Sequence record: DRR723986_4205
Direction: 5' to 3' (one strand)
DNA: 64,000 nucleotides
Below the pieces are notes generated by a model. That model had not been told where the DNA came from. It made no database searches and saw nothing but the letters and a program-made list of their open reading frames with translations. Each line of letters opens with the position of its first letter. Position 1 is the stretch's first letter. The position numbers were made by a program, and so were the translations under genes. Positions 50,004 through 59,493 of this stretch are shown here, piece after piece.

Positions 50004-51893
50004 TTAGCTGGCGGGCGGCTGGTACCAGATGGGGGATGACCAGGCGCGCTCCTGAACCACTGGCTGGTGATCCACCGAGCAGCAGGCCTGGAACTCCTCC
50101 GGGACTGTCTCAGGCCGGCTGCAGTCAACCCCGTTGGCAGCACAGATACGCTGGCTCCAACGACAGCTGGGATTCTCCACCGCCCGCGTGTAGTAGAACG
50201 CCGCCTGTGACTGATCGAAATCCTTATCGGTCCACACCGCGCACAACTCGGCGTGCCCCTCCCCGCGAGGTTCGCAAGTCGTCAGGTCGACCGTCGCACC
50301 ATTGTCCGCCGAGCCGGCAATATCCAGCACCTGTTCATGCTGGCGCCCCGCTGTATCTACCCAGCCCTTGACGACCTGCAAGCGCTGCAGTGGAAGGCCG
50401 GGGGCGTCACCGGCTCCGCTATCCTGTACCGCAATGGCCAGAAAGCTGGGAACCGAAGCCTGGGCCGGCGGCAGATCTGAGCCCATGGGAACGCCGCTCG
50501 CATAGGCAGTGCTAATCCGTTCCGGTGACTGGCACAAATCGGCATCGAGGTTCCAGCCGCCGAAAAAGCGACTGGTGATTCGCGGACCGCTGGTCGCGTA
50601 GACTTCGCGGCGGCGCAGGCCATCGAAGATCGCCGCCCGCGTGTTCTCTTCAGCCCAGACCACCGCCAGTCCACCGGGATTGTATTCGAGCTTGTCCGGC
50701 AGGCCCGCAGGCACCTCCTCAGACGCCGGTGTTCCCGCGCCACCGTGACCGAGGAAGCGATCTTCCTCCGTCGCTCCGGGCGTACCCAGGTGGGTATCCG
50801 TGCTGGCGATGAAACCGAACTTGTACGGGTTCGACTGATGCTGCATCTGCAATGCAAGACCGTCGGCCAGCGCCCGGCGCACAAAACCGGTATCCGGTCG
50901 AGGCGGATTGTCATAGCCGGCAATATTGTCCTCCGGCAGCTGCTCGAAACTGCACAACTCATCTTCGGTCACGCCGGCCTGGAAAAAGCACTCGGAAGCG
51001 CCCTTGTGCTGCATGATTTCCACCACTGGCTCCCACTGCGCGCGCCGCGCAAATGCCTCGGGGGATGCCGCGTCAGAGTCCGCCGCCGGTACGGGAAACA
51101 TCGCTCCGGCACTGAGATTGGAATTATGGGGAATGACCAGCGCATCACAGCCAGAGCCGGCCCCGGTGCACTCCCGCTCCAGTCCGGACCAGAGCTGTTC
51201 AGCTGCAGGCCCATCAATATAGCTGACCGGGAGACGCGGGACAGCCGCATCCGCAAACACCACGTTGCGATGCAGGTTACCGCCAGTTTCCGGTGCAACC
51301 CCCGTCCACTCGTAGCCATTGAAGGCGGTGAATTCGCAGGGTGCATTGTGCCGCGCTGCGGCCTGCTGCATTTCCTGCCAGGGTGCCAGCGCCGCCTCGC
51401 GACAGATGGCGCCCTGTTCACCACAGAGGCCCAGGTGCGATGCCCGCATGGAAGAGAAATAATTGAACAGGTAATAGGCACCCCTCGGCCAGTTACGGTA
51501 GAGCCCGCACTGCCAACTGCTATGACCTTCTGCACCGGGGGTATTGCAGATGTGTACCTCGCCAATCAGTTCGGCGTGATCCGAGACCATGGCGAAGTCC
51601 AACGGCCTGCGCAGTTGCAGCGACCGCAGAGCCTCACCATCCTCGGTCCAGGGCTGGATTCCCAGCCGTTCGCCGCGGGCGAAGCGGTAAGCCTCATCCG
51701 GTGTCGTGCGTGTGCCCTGGGTGCTCGCGTCCAGTGAATAACGACTGTGGACATGCAGGTCGCCAAACAACGGGATACGCGAGGCATCCCGGTTGGCACA
51801 GGGTTCCGGGGCGGCTGCTACCGCCGCTGCGCTGCACAGGGCCAGCAGGCCAGCTACAACGCCAACCAAGCGATGAGGGACGCGACTGCTCAT
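50004..51893 (-). CDS. DUF3604 domain protein (exported, PHP-like metal-binding fold)
   Basis: FGDLHVHSRYSLDA, RRPLDFAMVSDHAE, GYEWT, NLHRNV, IPHNSNLS, EIMQHKG, STDTH, QERAWSSPIWY. Confidence 0.85.
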   Translation of the reverse strand: MSSRVPHRLVGVVAGLLALCSAAAVAAAPEPCANRDASRIPLFGDLHVHSRYSLDASTQGTRTTPDEAYRFARGERLGIQPWTEDGEALRSLQLRRPLDFAMVSDHAELIGEVHICNTPGAEGHSSWQCGLYRNWPRGAYYLFNYFSSMRASHLGLCGEQGAICREAALAPWQEMQQAAARHNAPCEFTAFNGYEWTGVAPETGGNLHRNVVFADAAVPRLPVSYIDGPAAEQLWSGLERECTGAGSGCDALVIPHNSNLSAGAMFPVPAADSDAASPEAFARRAQWEPVVEIMQHKGASECFFQAGVTEDELCSFEQLPEDNIAGYDNPPRPDTGFVRRALADGLALQMQHQSNPYKFGFIASTDTHLGTPGATEEDRFLGHGGAGTPASEEVPAGLPDKLEYNPGGLAVVWAEENTRAAIFDGLRRREVYATSGPRITSRFFGGWNLDADLCQSPERISTAYASGVPMGSDLPPAQASVPSFLAIAVQDSGAGDAPGLPLQRLQVVKGWVDTAGRQHEQVLDIAGSADNGATVDLTTCEPRGEGHAELCAVWTDKDFDQSQAAFYYTRAVENPSCRWSQRICAANGVDCSRPETVPEEFQACCSVDHQPVVQERAWSSPIWYQPPAS

Positions 51894-52723
51894 CACGACC
51901 TGCCGCTGGTCGAACCATACCGCTGCGTGTGGGCATCGAGGGCGTCAAGGATGGCGCCATGCCGCATCTCGATGATGTCGCGGTAATCGTCGTGGGTAAT
52001 GATGTAAAAACTGTTGTCGCGCACGGCATCGATAACCTGTTCCCCTATGACCGCGGGGGACAGGCCGCTGGCCACATCCGGAGCGGGCTGGCCGTGGTCG
52101 ATACCGGGATCAAGCTGCGCGGGTCGCACCGCAGTGGACTGGGTGATCAGGTCGGTATTCACCAGCCCCGGGCAGAGCACGGAGACACCTACGCCCTTGT
52201 CCGCCACTTCCAGCAGCAGGGCCTCCGACAGGCCAACTACAGCAAACTTGGTGGTGGTGTAGAGCCCCTCCGGAGGGCCAGAAATAAGGCCGCCCACGGA
52301 CGCGGTATTGACGATATGCCCCTCGCCCTGGGCCAACAGGTCGGGCAGGAAAACCTTCACCCCATGGATGACCCCATAGAGGTTCACGTTGATCAGGTAT
52401 TGCCAGTCCTTGATATCGGCCTGGGCCATCAGGGCGCCAACCCAGACGCCCGCGTTATTGCACACCAGGTGTACCTGGCCGAATGCCTTCAATGCTTCCT
52501 GCCGCAGGGCCTGGACGGATGCGAGGTCGCTGACGTCTACGGCGACGGCGATGGCGTCCCCGCCCTGGGAGATAATGTCCTGTGCCACGGCGGCCGCCCT
52601 GTCCCGATCGATATCGGCGACCACAACCTTCATTCCTGCGCTGCCCGCTGCCCGGGCGATGCCCGCGCCAATCCCTGACCCGGCACCCGTTACAACGGCC
52701 GTCTTACCCTGAAGTTCTTGCAT
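51893..52723 (-). CDS. SDR family oxidoreductase
   Basis: TGAGSGIG, CNNAGV, YTTTK, VLCPGLVNT. Confidence 0.9.
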   Translation of the reverse strand: MQELQGKTAVVTGAGSGIGAGIARAAGSAGMKVVVADIDRDRAAAVAQDIISQGGDAIAVAVDVSDLASVQALRQEALKAFGQVHLVCNNAGVWVGALMAQADIKDWQYLINVNLYGVIHGVKVFLPDLLAQGEGHIVNTASVGGLISGPPEGLYTTTKFAVVGLSEALLLEVADKGVGVSVLCPGLVNTDLITQSTAVRPAQLDPGIDHGQPAPDVASGLSPAVIGEQVIDAVRDNSFYIITHDDYRDIIEMRHGAILDALDAHTQRYGSTSGRS

Positions 52724-52976
52724 CTGGCGGATCCTCGCATCGATTGCCCATGCCGGCAGTGGCATAGAACGACCTTAGGCGGGCACCCGCAGGCGGTCAA
52801 ATCCGGGGAGCGGAATATTAAACCGGCGCATGTAAAAGACGCCGCGCCAATGCCGTCGCGCAAGGCACACGCGTACCGCAGCCCGCCTTGGTCAGGCGCC
52901 GCGTCGATTGCTTGGGAATTAGTCAGCCGAGCCGCTGGTCTAGCTGCGGACTGGAGGAGATCGAAGGGGGGTCATG

Positions 52977-52998
52977 CCGGACCCCCGAAAGGGTCCGG
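52977..52998 (-). terminator. Hairpin downstream of the cold-shock gene (possible terminator)
   Basis: CCGGACCC-N6-GGGTCCGG 11 nt after the stop codon. No clear U-tract. Confidence 0.45.
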
Positions 52999-53009
52999 TT
53001 GAACAAAGC

Positions 53010-53216
53010 TTACAGCGGTACGATGTTGCTCGCCTGGGGACCTTTCTGGCCCTGGGTTACTTCGAACTGGACAGCCTGGCCTTCAGCCAGGGTTTTGAAG
53101 CCCGAGCCCTGGATGGCGCTGAAGTGTGCAAACACATCTGGACCGTTTTCCTGGGAAATAAAACCGAATCCTTTTGACTCGTTAAACCATTTAACGGTGC
53201 CGGTGGTAGTAGACAT
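53010..53216 (-). CDS. Cold-shock protein (CspA family)
   Basis: [15 protein letters not shown] (RNP1), DVFAHFSAI (RNP2), GQKGPQASN. Confidence 0.96.
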   Translation of the reverse strand: MSTTTGTVKWFNESKGFGFISQENGPDVFAHFSAIQGSGFKTLAEGQAVQFEVTQGQKGPQASNIVPL

Positions 53217-53518
53217 ACTGATATTCCTGATATTTCAAAAAAGTATTCTGGTTCCGGAGAACCTGTTCCGCCTTTGAGACTAAGAGACTTATGAAAAACA
53301 GTGCGCAGAGAAAAGACGCTACGAGATGGGATGCATAAGAAAAGCTTCGAGGCAAGAGCACTATACAGTCATTGACTAACCGAAGGAAGCGAAACTTGCA
53401 AGGACACAATTGGCAGAAATTCGCATATTTATCGTGACAGGGGTAAGGTGACGACTTCGGCTGCGCGGCCGACCCCGGCAAATCCGGAACGTCTGCGCCG
53501 CTACCCGGGGACAGGTAC

Positions 53519-54169
53519 ATGGCATCGCTTCGCATCAAGTACCAAACCCTCGAACTCGGCGAGTTCGACATCCACCTGCGCACCCTGCGCGACAAGCAAC
53601 AGTATGCTGACCCCTCCGGCAAGGCCGGCAGGCTGGGAATATCCGCTGCCAACTGGCCGCTGTTCGGCGTGGTCTGGCGCTCGGGCCGCGTCCTGGCCGA
53701 GCACATGCTGGATTTTGACGTGACGGACAAGCGCATACTCGAAGTGGGTTGCGGCATCGGCCTGGCCAGCCTGGTACTGAACGCCCGCGAATCGGATATT
53801 ACCGCCACCGACTATCACCCCGAGGTCGAGGCCTACCTGGAAGAAAACGTGGCGCTGAACTGTGGCCGCGCCATCCCCTTCTTCCGCACTGACTGGGCGG
53901 ATACCGACAGTGGCATGGGCCGGTTTGACCTGATCATCGGCAGCGACCTGCTGTATGAGCAGGAACATGCGGACCTGCTGTCGCACTTCATCGCCACCCA
54001 TGCCACGCGGGACTGTGAAGTGGTGATCGTCGACCCGCGCCGCGGGCATCATGCGCGCTTCAGTACGCTGATGCGGGCGCAGGGCTTCACTGACAAGAAG
54101 ACGGTCGTGCACGGCGAAGCCGATGACGGCTCGCCGTACCACGTGGTTATCATCAGTTACCATCGCTAA
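53519..54169 (+). CDS. Class I SAM-dependent methyltransferase (family-16 / protein-lysine MTase-like)
   Basis: WPLFGVVW.SG..LA, ILEVGCGIGL, ATDY, DW, DLIIGSDLLYE. Confidence 0.85.
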   Translation: MASLRIKYQTLELGEFDIHLRTLRDKQQYADPSGKAGRLGISAANWPLFGVVWRSGRVLAEHMLDFDVTDKRILEVGCGIGLASLVLNARESDITATDYHPEVEAYLEENVALNCGRAIPFFRTDWADTDSGMGRFDLIIGSDLLYEQEHADLLSHFIATHATRDCEVVIVDPRRGHHARFSTLMRAQGFTDKKTVVHGEADDGSPYHVVIISYHR

Positions 54170-54289
54170 ATCACGCGCACAACGCGTACCCCCGCCCGAA
54201 ACCCGGAAACAGCCGAACAGAAAGACCATTCTCATACGCTGCTGGCTTGACTAAACTTGGGCCTCCAAAACTAATAACAGGACAGGAAG

Positions 54290-55066
54290 ATGGCAGGTCG
54301 ACTCGAAGGCAAGGTGGCGCTGGTTACCGGGGCCGGATCAGGACTCGGTGAGGCGACTGCCCGCCGCTTCGGCAGTGAAGGAGCGCAGGTGATCCTGACC
54401 GATATCAATGCAGAGCAGGCCGAGCGGGTAGCGCAGGACATCGTCGCCGACGGGGGCCGGGCGGAACATCACTACCAGGATGTCACCGACGAACGCGCCT
54501 GGGACACACTGGTTGAGATGGTGTTGAAAGACCACGGCAAGCTGGATGTGCTGGTCAACAATGCGGGCATCGTGCTCAGGGGTTCCGTAGAGGACACCAC
54601 GCTGGACGACTGGCGTCGCACCCAGGCGGTAAACCTTGACGCCGTGTTCATGGGGACGCGGGCCGCGGTTAAAGCCATGAAAACCGGCGGTGGCTCGATC
54701 ATCAATATTTCCTCCATCGAGGGCATGGTGGGCGAACCGACAGTAGCTGCTTACAACGCGAGCAAGGGTGGCGTCAGGATCTTCACCAAGTCTGCAGCCC
54801 TGCACTGCGCCGCCCAGGGCTACAACATCCGGGTCAATTCAGTGCACCCGGGCTTCATCCTCACACCGATGATCGAAAACTCCATGGCGCTGGCACCGCC
54901 GGAGGAAGCGGAGGCCCTGCTGGAGCGAGTGCATCGGGAGATACCGATGGGCAGTATGGGAGAACCCCTGGACATCGCCAATGGCTGCCTGTTCCTGGCG
55001 TCCGACGAGTCAAAATATATGACCGGGTCGGAACTGGTGATCGACGGGGGCTTTACGGCTCACTGA
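54290..55066 (+). CDS. SDR family oxidoreductase (hydroxysteroid/cyclic alcohol dehydrogenase-like)
   Basis: TGAGSGLG, LVNNAG, YNASKGGVRIFTKSAALHCA, IRVNSVHPG. Confidence 0.9.
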   Translation: MAGRLEGKVALVTGAGSGLGEATARRFGSEGAQVILTDINAEQAERVAQDIVADGGRAEHHYQDVTDERAWDTLVEMVLKDHGKLDVLVNNAGIVLRGSVEDTTLDDWRRTQAVNLDAVFMGTRAAVKAMKTGGGSIINISSIEGMVGEPTVAAYNASKGGVRIFTKSAALHCAAQGYNIRVNSVHPGFILTPMIENSMALAPPEEAEALLERVHREIPMGSMGEPLDIANGCLFLASDESKYMTGSELVIDGGFTAH

Positions 55067-55475
55067 GTCCGGCTGGCAAGCGGCTGCGGGAGTAGACCCG
55101 GTGCGCAATCCGCCACCCCTGTTCGGTGCGCACCACCCGGTCGTAATAGGACCCGTGATACAGCTTGGAGCTGTGGTCATCCGCTGCGGGATCTGGCTCC
55201 GGGAAAATCCCCCGTGAGCGCAGTTCGACGCCGCCCTCGGTTTCGAGGCAGTACACGTTGACGATCAGGTGCGCCTGGGGGTGCTTGTCGCCCGCAGCGT
55301 CCATAAACGACTTGATATCCTCAAGCCCGTTCATGGTGATATTCAGACCGCGCACTTCGAACACGGCGTCCACGGTAAAGATCGTATCGAGCCGCTCCCA
55401 TGCCCGGTCATCGATGGCATCCCCGTAACGCCCGACCATTTCATGTAACTCGATCTTGTCTTCCAGGCTAAGCAT
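55053..55475 (-). CDS. SnoaL-like / NTF2 family protein
   Basis: EDKIELHEMVGRY..AIDDRAW..FTVDA, YYDRVVRTEQGWRI. Confidence 0.8.
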   Translation of the reverse strand: MLSLEDKIELHEMVGRYGDAIDDRAWERLDTIFTVDAVFEVRGLNITMNGLEDIKSFMDAAGDKHPQAHLIVNVYCLETEGGVELRSRGIFPEPDPAADDHSSKLYHGSYYDRVVRTEQGWRIAHRVYSRSRLPAGLSEP

Positions 55476-55511
55476 CCACTACCTCCCCATTACGCTGCGC
55501 AAAATCCCGAA

Positions 55512-56309
55512 TCAACTGTCCCGGTAGTCAGGAGCGCGTTTTTCCAGGAAAGACATCACTGCTTCCTTGCTGTCTTCGGTCATCATCAACAGCGTCTGGT
55601 GCCGGTCTTCCATCGCCAGCGCTGCGTCCAGGCTACCGGCATCAACGGCATAGTTAAGCGCTTCCTTGGTCAGGCGCAAACCCATCGGCGAGGTCCTTAG
55701 CAAATCGTCAATGAACGCGTTCGCCGCCCCTTCCAGACTCGCGTCAGCCACCACTTCCGATACCAGGTTCACCGCCAGCGCCCGGGGCGCATGAATGAAG
55801 CGCCCGGTCATCAGCAATTCCGAGGCAACCGAGGTGCCGACCAGGCGCGGCAGGAAATAACTGCTGCCCATATCCGCCCCGGTCAGCCCGATCTTGATAT
55901 AGGCCGCATTCATCCGCGCGGACTCACCGGCAATACGAATATCCGAGGCCAGCGCGAGACTGAAACCACCGCCGCAGGCCGCCCCCTGAACAAGGGCAAT
56001 GATCGGTTGCGGGCAGCGCCGCATGGCGCGGTAGATATCGCTGATCCGCCGCTGCATACGCCAAACATTGTGCGGCGTCCGGCTGGTATCATCGAAGCCA
56101 CCGGCGGCGAGATCCGCACCAGCGCAGAAATTGCGGCCGTTGGCCCGCAGCACCACGACCCGCACTGCGTGATTGTTGCGCAGCCCTTCAAAGTATCCCA
56201 GCAGCGCGTCTATGAGCGCCTCGTTCAGTGCATTACTGGCATCGGGGCGGTTCATGGTGACCCAGTCGACCTGCCCGCGACTCTCTATCAACAGTACCTC
56301 GTCCGTCAT
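55512..56309 (-). CDS. Enoyl-CoA hydratase/isomerase family protein
   Basis: MNRPDASNAL, FCAGADL, PQPIIALVQGAACGGGFSLALASDIR. Confidence 0.9.
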   Translation of the reverse strand: MTDEVLLIESRGQVDWVTMNRPDASNALNEALIDALLGYFEGLRNNHAVRVVVLRANGRNFCAGADLAAGGFDDTSRTPHNVWRMQRRISDIYRAMRRCPQPIIALVQGAACGGGFSLALASDIRIAGESARMNAAYIKIGLTGADMGSSYFLPRLVGTSVASELLMTGRFIHAPRALAVNLVSEVVADASLEGAANAFIDDLLRTSPMGLRLTKEALNYAVDAGSLDAALAMEDRHQTLLMMTEDSKEAVMSFLEKRAPDYRDS

Positions 56310-56310
56310 C

Positions 56311-56787
56311 TCAGCGTCCTCCCCCCTGCGCGTGCAATTGCTCACAATAACGTTTCAGCCCGTAACCGCAGCGGTTGAAGCCCTCTTCAACCGCCTTACC
56401 AAGCCCCTCAAGCATGGCAGCCATCGCCTCGCCACTGAATTCGTCCACCGACACGTAACGGGTTGTGCTGTCGTCGAGCGCTTGCAGGTATTGGGTACGC
56501 ACGGCGTGAATAGGGTCGCCAGGCGCGGTGTTCATTTTCCACGCTATCGCCTGCGGCGGGTCGATCCGGCAGATGTACTCCACCTGCTCCTGCAGGCCAG
56601 CGCCCAGATCCACCTGCATCTTGATTGGGGAGCCAATCTCCAACCGGGCCTCACAACTGGGGCAGAAACTGTTCCATGCGCTGTAGTTGGCGAAATCCAC
56701 CAACACCTCCCAGACCAGCTCGATTGGCGCCTGGATATCGATCTCGTCCGAACTGACGGTGTCCGCTGTTATCACGTTATTTTTCAC
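56311..56787 (-). CDS. SRPBCC (START/polyketide cyclase-like) domain protein
   Basis: IDIQAPIELVWEVLVDFANYSAWN. Start uncertain (GTG 56787 assumed). Confidence 0.8.
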   Translation of the reverse strand: MKNNVITADTVSSDEIDIQAPIELVWEVLVDFANYSAWNSFCPSCEARLEIGSPIKMQVDLGAGLQEQVEYICRIDPPQAIAWKMNTAPGDPIHAVRTQYLQALDDSTTRYVSVDEFSGEAMAAMLEGLGKAVEEGFNRCGYGLKRYCEQLHAQGGGR

Positions 56788-56903
56788 CCGGGTGACTGAT
56801 TCAGTGCGCAATAATGTACCACCTGAGCTGACAGCACCGCAGCCCGCCTCGCTATAATCGGGATTGGTACACCATATCGACTGGCAAACAGGGGAATCGG
56901 GTG

Positions 56904-58373
56904 ATGGAGAACGATAAACGGGTGGTCGTACTGGGCGCCGGCATGGCCGGAATCCTCGCCGGCATCAAGCTGCTCCAGGCGGGCTACCAGAGCCTGGCCA
57001 TTTATGAAAAGGCCGATCGGGTTGGCGGTACCTGGCGCGAAAACACCTACCCCGGTCTCACCTGTGACGTGCCGTCACACCATTACACCTACAGCTTCGA
57101 ACGCAACCCTGACTGGACCAGGCATCTGCCGCCGGGCCCGGAAGTACAGGCCTACTTCGAGCGTACCGCGGACAAGTACGGGGTCACCGAACGCATTCAG
57201 TTCAACGAGGAGGCGCGTAGCGCCCGCTTTGAAGACGGCCGCTGGCAGCTGGAGTTCAACAGTGGCCACAGCGACGTGGCCGATATCGTAATCGCCGCCA
57301 CCGGTGTGCTGCACCACCCCAGCTACCCGACGATCGCCGGTATGGACAGTTTCAAGGGACACTTGTTTCACAGCGCCCGCTGGGATCACAGCGTCGACCT
57401 GTCCGACAAGCGCATCGGCATCATCGGCAACGGCTCAACGGGTGTGCAGATCATCTCCGCCCTGGCAGGCAAGGTAGCCCATATCACTCATTTCCAACGG
57501 ACGGCCCAGTGGATCATGCCGGTAGAGAACGGCTACTTCAGCGAAGAAGAGCGGGCGGCCTTCCACGACCCTGCGGTCCTGAACGCGGCGATGAGATTCG
57601 AGGAATACGACGCGGCGGTGGAACGTTACACCAGCGCCATTACCGATATCGAATCAGAGGGTGCGCAGGAAATGGCCGCCGCCTGCCTGGCCAATCTGGA
57701 ACAGAGCGTGGCCGACCCGGTGCTGCGTGAGAAGCTGCGCCCCGACCACCGCCCGCTGTGCAAGCGGCTCATTTTCTCGCCGGATTATTACCAGGCGATC
57801 CAGCATCCGGACGCATCCCTGGTCACCGGCGACATACGCGCTATCGAGGCCGGGGGTATCCGCACCGAGGACGGCGTACTGCACGAGCTGGATGTTATCG
57901 TTCTGGCCACCGGATTTCGCAGCGACAGTTTCATGCGCCCGATGGACATTACCGGGCGGGATGGGGCCAGTCTGGAGACACTTTGGGCGGACCACCCCAA
58001 GGCCTATCTCGCGATCAGCATGCCGGGCTTCCCTAACTTTTTCATGCTTAACGGCCCAAACGGCCCGGTCGGGAACTTCTCACTGATTGATATCGCCGAG
58101 CACCAGTGGCGTTACATCGAGCAACTACTGGCCAAACTGGGCAGCGGCGAGCTTAGTGAAATCGAACCCAGTTCTGAAGCACTGCAAGCCTTCGAATCAG
58201 AGCGGGTCGCAGCGGCGAAAAAAACCGTCTGGTACCTTGGTGGCTGCACCAGCTGGTACCTCGATAAGGATGGCATCCCCGCCAGCTGGCCCTGGAATTT
58301 CTCTCGTTTCACCCGCGAAATGAGCGAACCGAAATGGGACTGTTTCGTTACCCGCACCGGATCAACCGTCTGA
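56904..58373 (+). CDS. Baeyer-Villiger type flavin-containing monooxygenase
   Basis: GAGMAG, GGTWRENTYPG..CDVPS, BVMO fingerprint FKGHLFHSARWD, GNGSTG, ATGF. Confidence 0.9.
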   Translation: MENDKRVVVLGAGMAGILAGIKLLQAGYQSLAIYEKADRVGGTWRENTYPGLTCDVPSHHYTYSFERNPDWTRHLPPGPEVQAYFERTADKYGVTERIQFNEEARSARFEDGRWQLEFNSGHSDVADIVIAATGVLHHPSYPTIAGMDSFKGHLFHSARWDHSVDLSDKRIGIIGNGSTGVQIISALAGKVAHITHFQRTAQWIMPVENGYFSEEERAAFHDPAVLNAAMRFEEYDAAVERYTSAITDIESEGAQEMAAACLANLEQSVADPVLREKLRPDHRPLCKRLIFSPDYYQAIQHPDASLVTGDIRAIEAGGIRTEDGVLHELDVIVLATGFRSDSFMRPMDITGRDGASLETLWADHPKAYLAISMPGFPNFFMLNGPNGPVGNFSLIDIAEHQWRYIEQLLAKLGSGELSEIEPSSEALQAFESERVAAAKKTVWYLGGCTSWYLDKDGIPASWPWNFSRFTREMSEPKWDCFVTRTGSTV

Positions 58374-58879
58374 TGTGGCAGTTCCGCGGCGGCGATCGGC
58401 CCGACTTCGCGATCGAACCGGGGCCGGGCCAGGAGTCGGTATGGGACTACCCCCGACCGCCCGCTATTGTGGCCTGTCAGCGACAGGTGCTGGTCATGGC
58501 CCAGGGGCAGATCATCGCCGACAGTCGCCGAGCCTGCCGGGTCCTGGAAACCGCCAGCCCACCGACGTTCTATATTCCCCCAGAAGATGTTGACTTCACC
58601 CTGCTGGCAGACGCTCCGGGCAGCTCATTCTGCGAATGGAAAGGCCGGGCAAACTACTACGCGCTCGCTGGCGGCGGGCCGGTAGTTGGCTGGCAATACC
58701 GTGAGCCAAGCGCAGATTTCAGGGAGCTCGCGGGCTATCTGTCCTTCTACCCCGGCAGGGTGAGCTGCCAGGTCGACGGCGAGCAGGTGCGCCCGCAGGC
58801 AGGCGATTTTTACGGCGGCTGGGTAACTGACGACATCGCAGGCCCGTTCAAGGGCGACCCCGGAACCGGTCACTGGTAA
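58373..58879 (+). CDS. DUF427 domain protein
   Basis: ESVWDYPRPP, RVLETASPPTFYIP, SFCEWKG, FYGGWVT. TGATG coupling to the BVMO gene. Confidence 0.85.
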   Translation: MWQFRGGDRPDFAIEPGPGQESVWDYPRPPAIVACQRQVLVMAQGQIIADSRRACRVLETASPPTFYIPPEDVDFTLLADAPGSSFCEWKGRANYYALAGGGPVVGWQYREPSADFRELAGYLSFYPGRVSCQVDGEQVRPQAGDFYGGWVTDDIAGPFKGDPGTGHW

Positions 58880-58965
58880 AAATTTCCCCAGAGCACGAGC
58901 ATCCGATTTGATTTTCCGCTACGCTCCGGCTCCCCGACAACGCAACAACCCAAGGAGATCTTCCA

Positions 58966-59337
58966 TTGATCGGCTATGTAACAATTGGTGTCAGCGACAT
59001 GGCTAAAGCCAAAACTTTCTACACAGAACTGCTGTCTGAGCTCGGCGCCTCGGTGCTGGTGGACATGGACCGCATCGCCTTCATCGGCAAGAGCATGGAT
59101 GCCCCCATGCTGGCGGTTTGCGTTCCCTACAATGAAGAACCGGCCCACGCCGGCAACGGCAATATGCTGGCGCTCAATCCGGGCTCCAAGGAAGCGGTCG
59201 ATGCCATGTACCACAAGGCGATTGCTCTCGGTGCCAGCTGTGACGGCGAGCCCGGCCAGCGTATACCAGACATGTTCTACGGCGCCTATGTCCGCGATCC
59301 GGACGGGAACAAGATCGCCTTCTACCAGTTCGGCTAA
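58966..59337 (+). CDS. VOC/glyoxalase family protein
   Basis: IGYVTIGVSD..AKTFY, GNGNM, DGEPG, YGAYVRDPDGNK. AAGGAG SD with TTG start. Confidence 0.88.
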   Translation: MIGYVTIGVSDMAKAKTFYTELLSELGASVLVDMDRIAFIGKSMDAPMLAVCVPYNEEPAHAGNGNMLALNPGSKEAVDAMYHKAIALGASCDGEPGQRIPDMFYGAYVRDPDGNKIAFYQFG

Positions 59338-59344
59338 ACACGCC

Positions 59345-59367
59345 GGTGGGGCCTCCCCGGCCCCACC
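59345..59367 (+). terminator. GC hairpin after the VOC gene
   Basis: GGTGGGGCC-tcccc-GGCCCCACC, 9-bp perfect stem, no U-tract. Confidence 0.35.
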
Positions 59368-59493
59368 CACTTCCGCGACCGGCCGATTTTGCGTGGGCAG
59401 TGACGATCCTTGAACCAGGCTGGCCAATCTCTGTTTGTTTCACGACATACCATCCCGTAAGTTGAGTGCTGGAACGAGACAGCGGGTAGGCCT

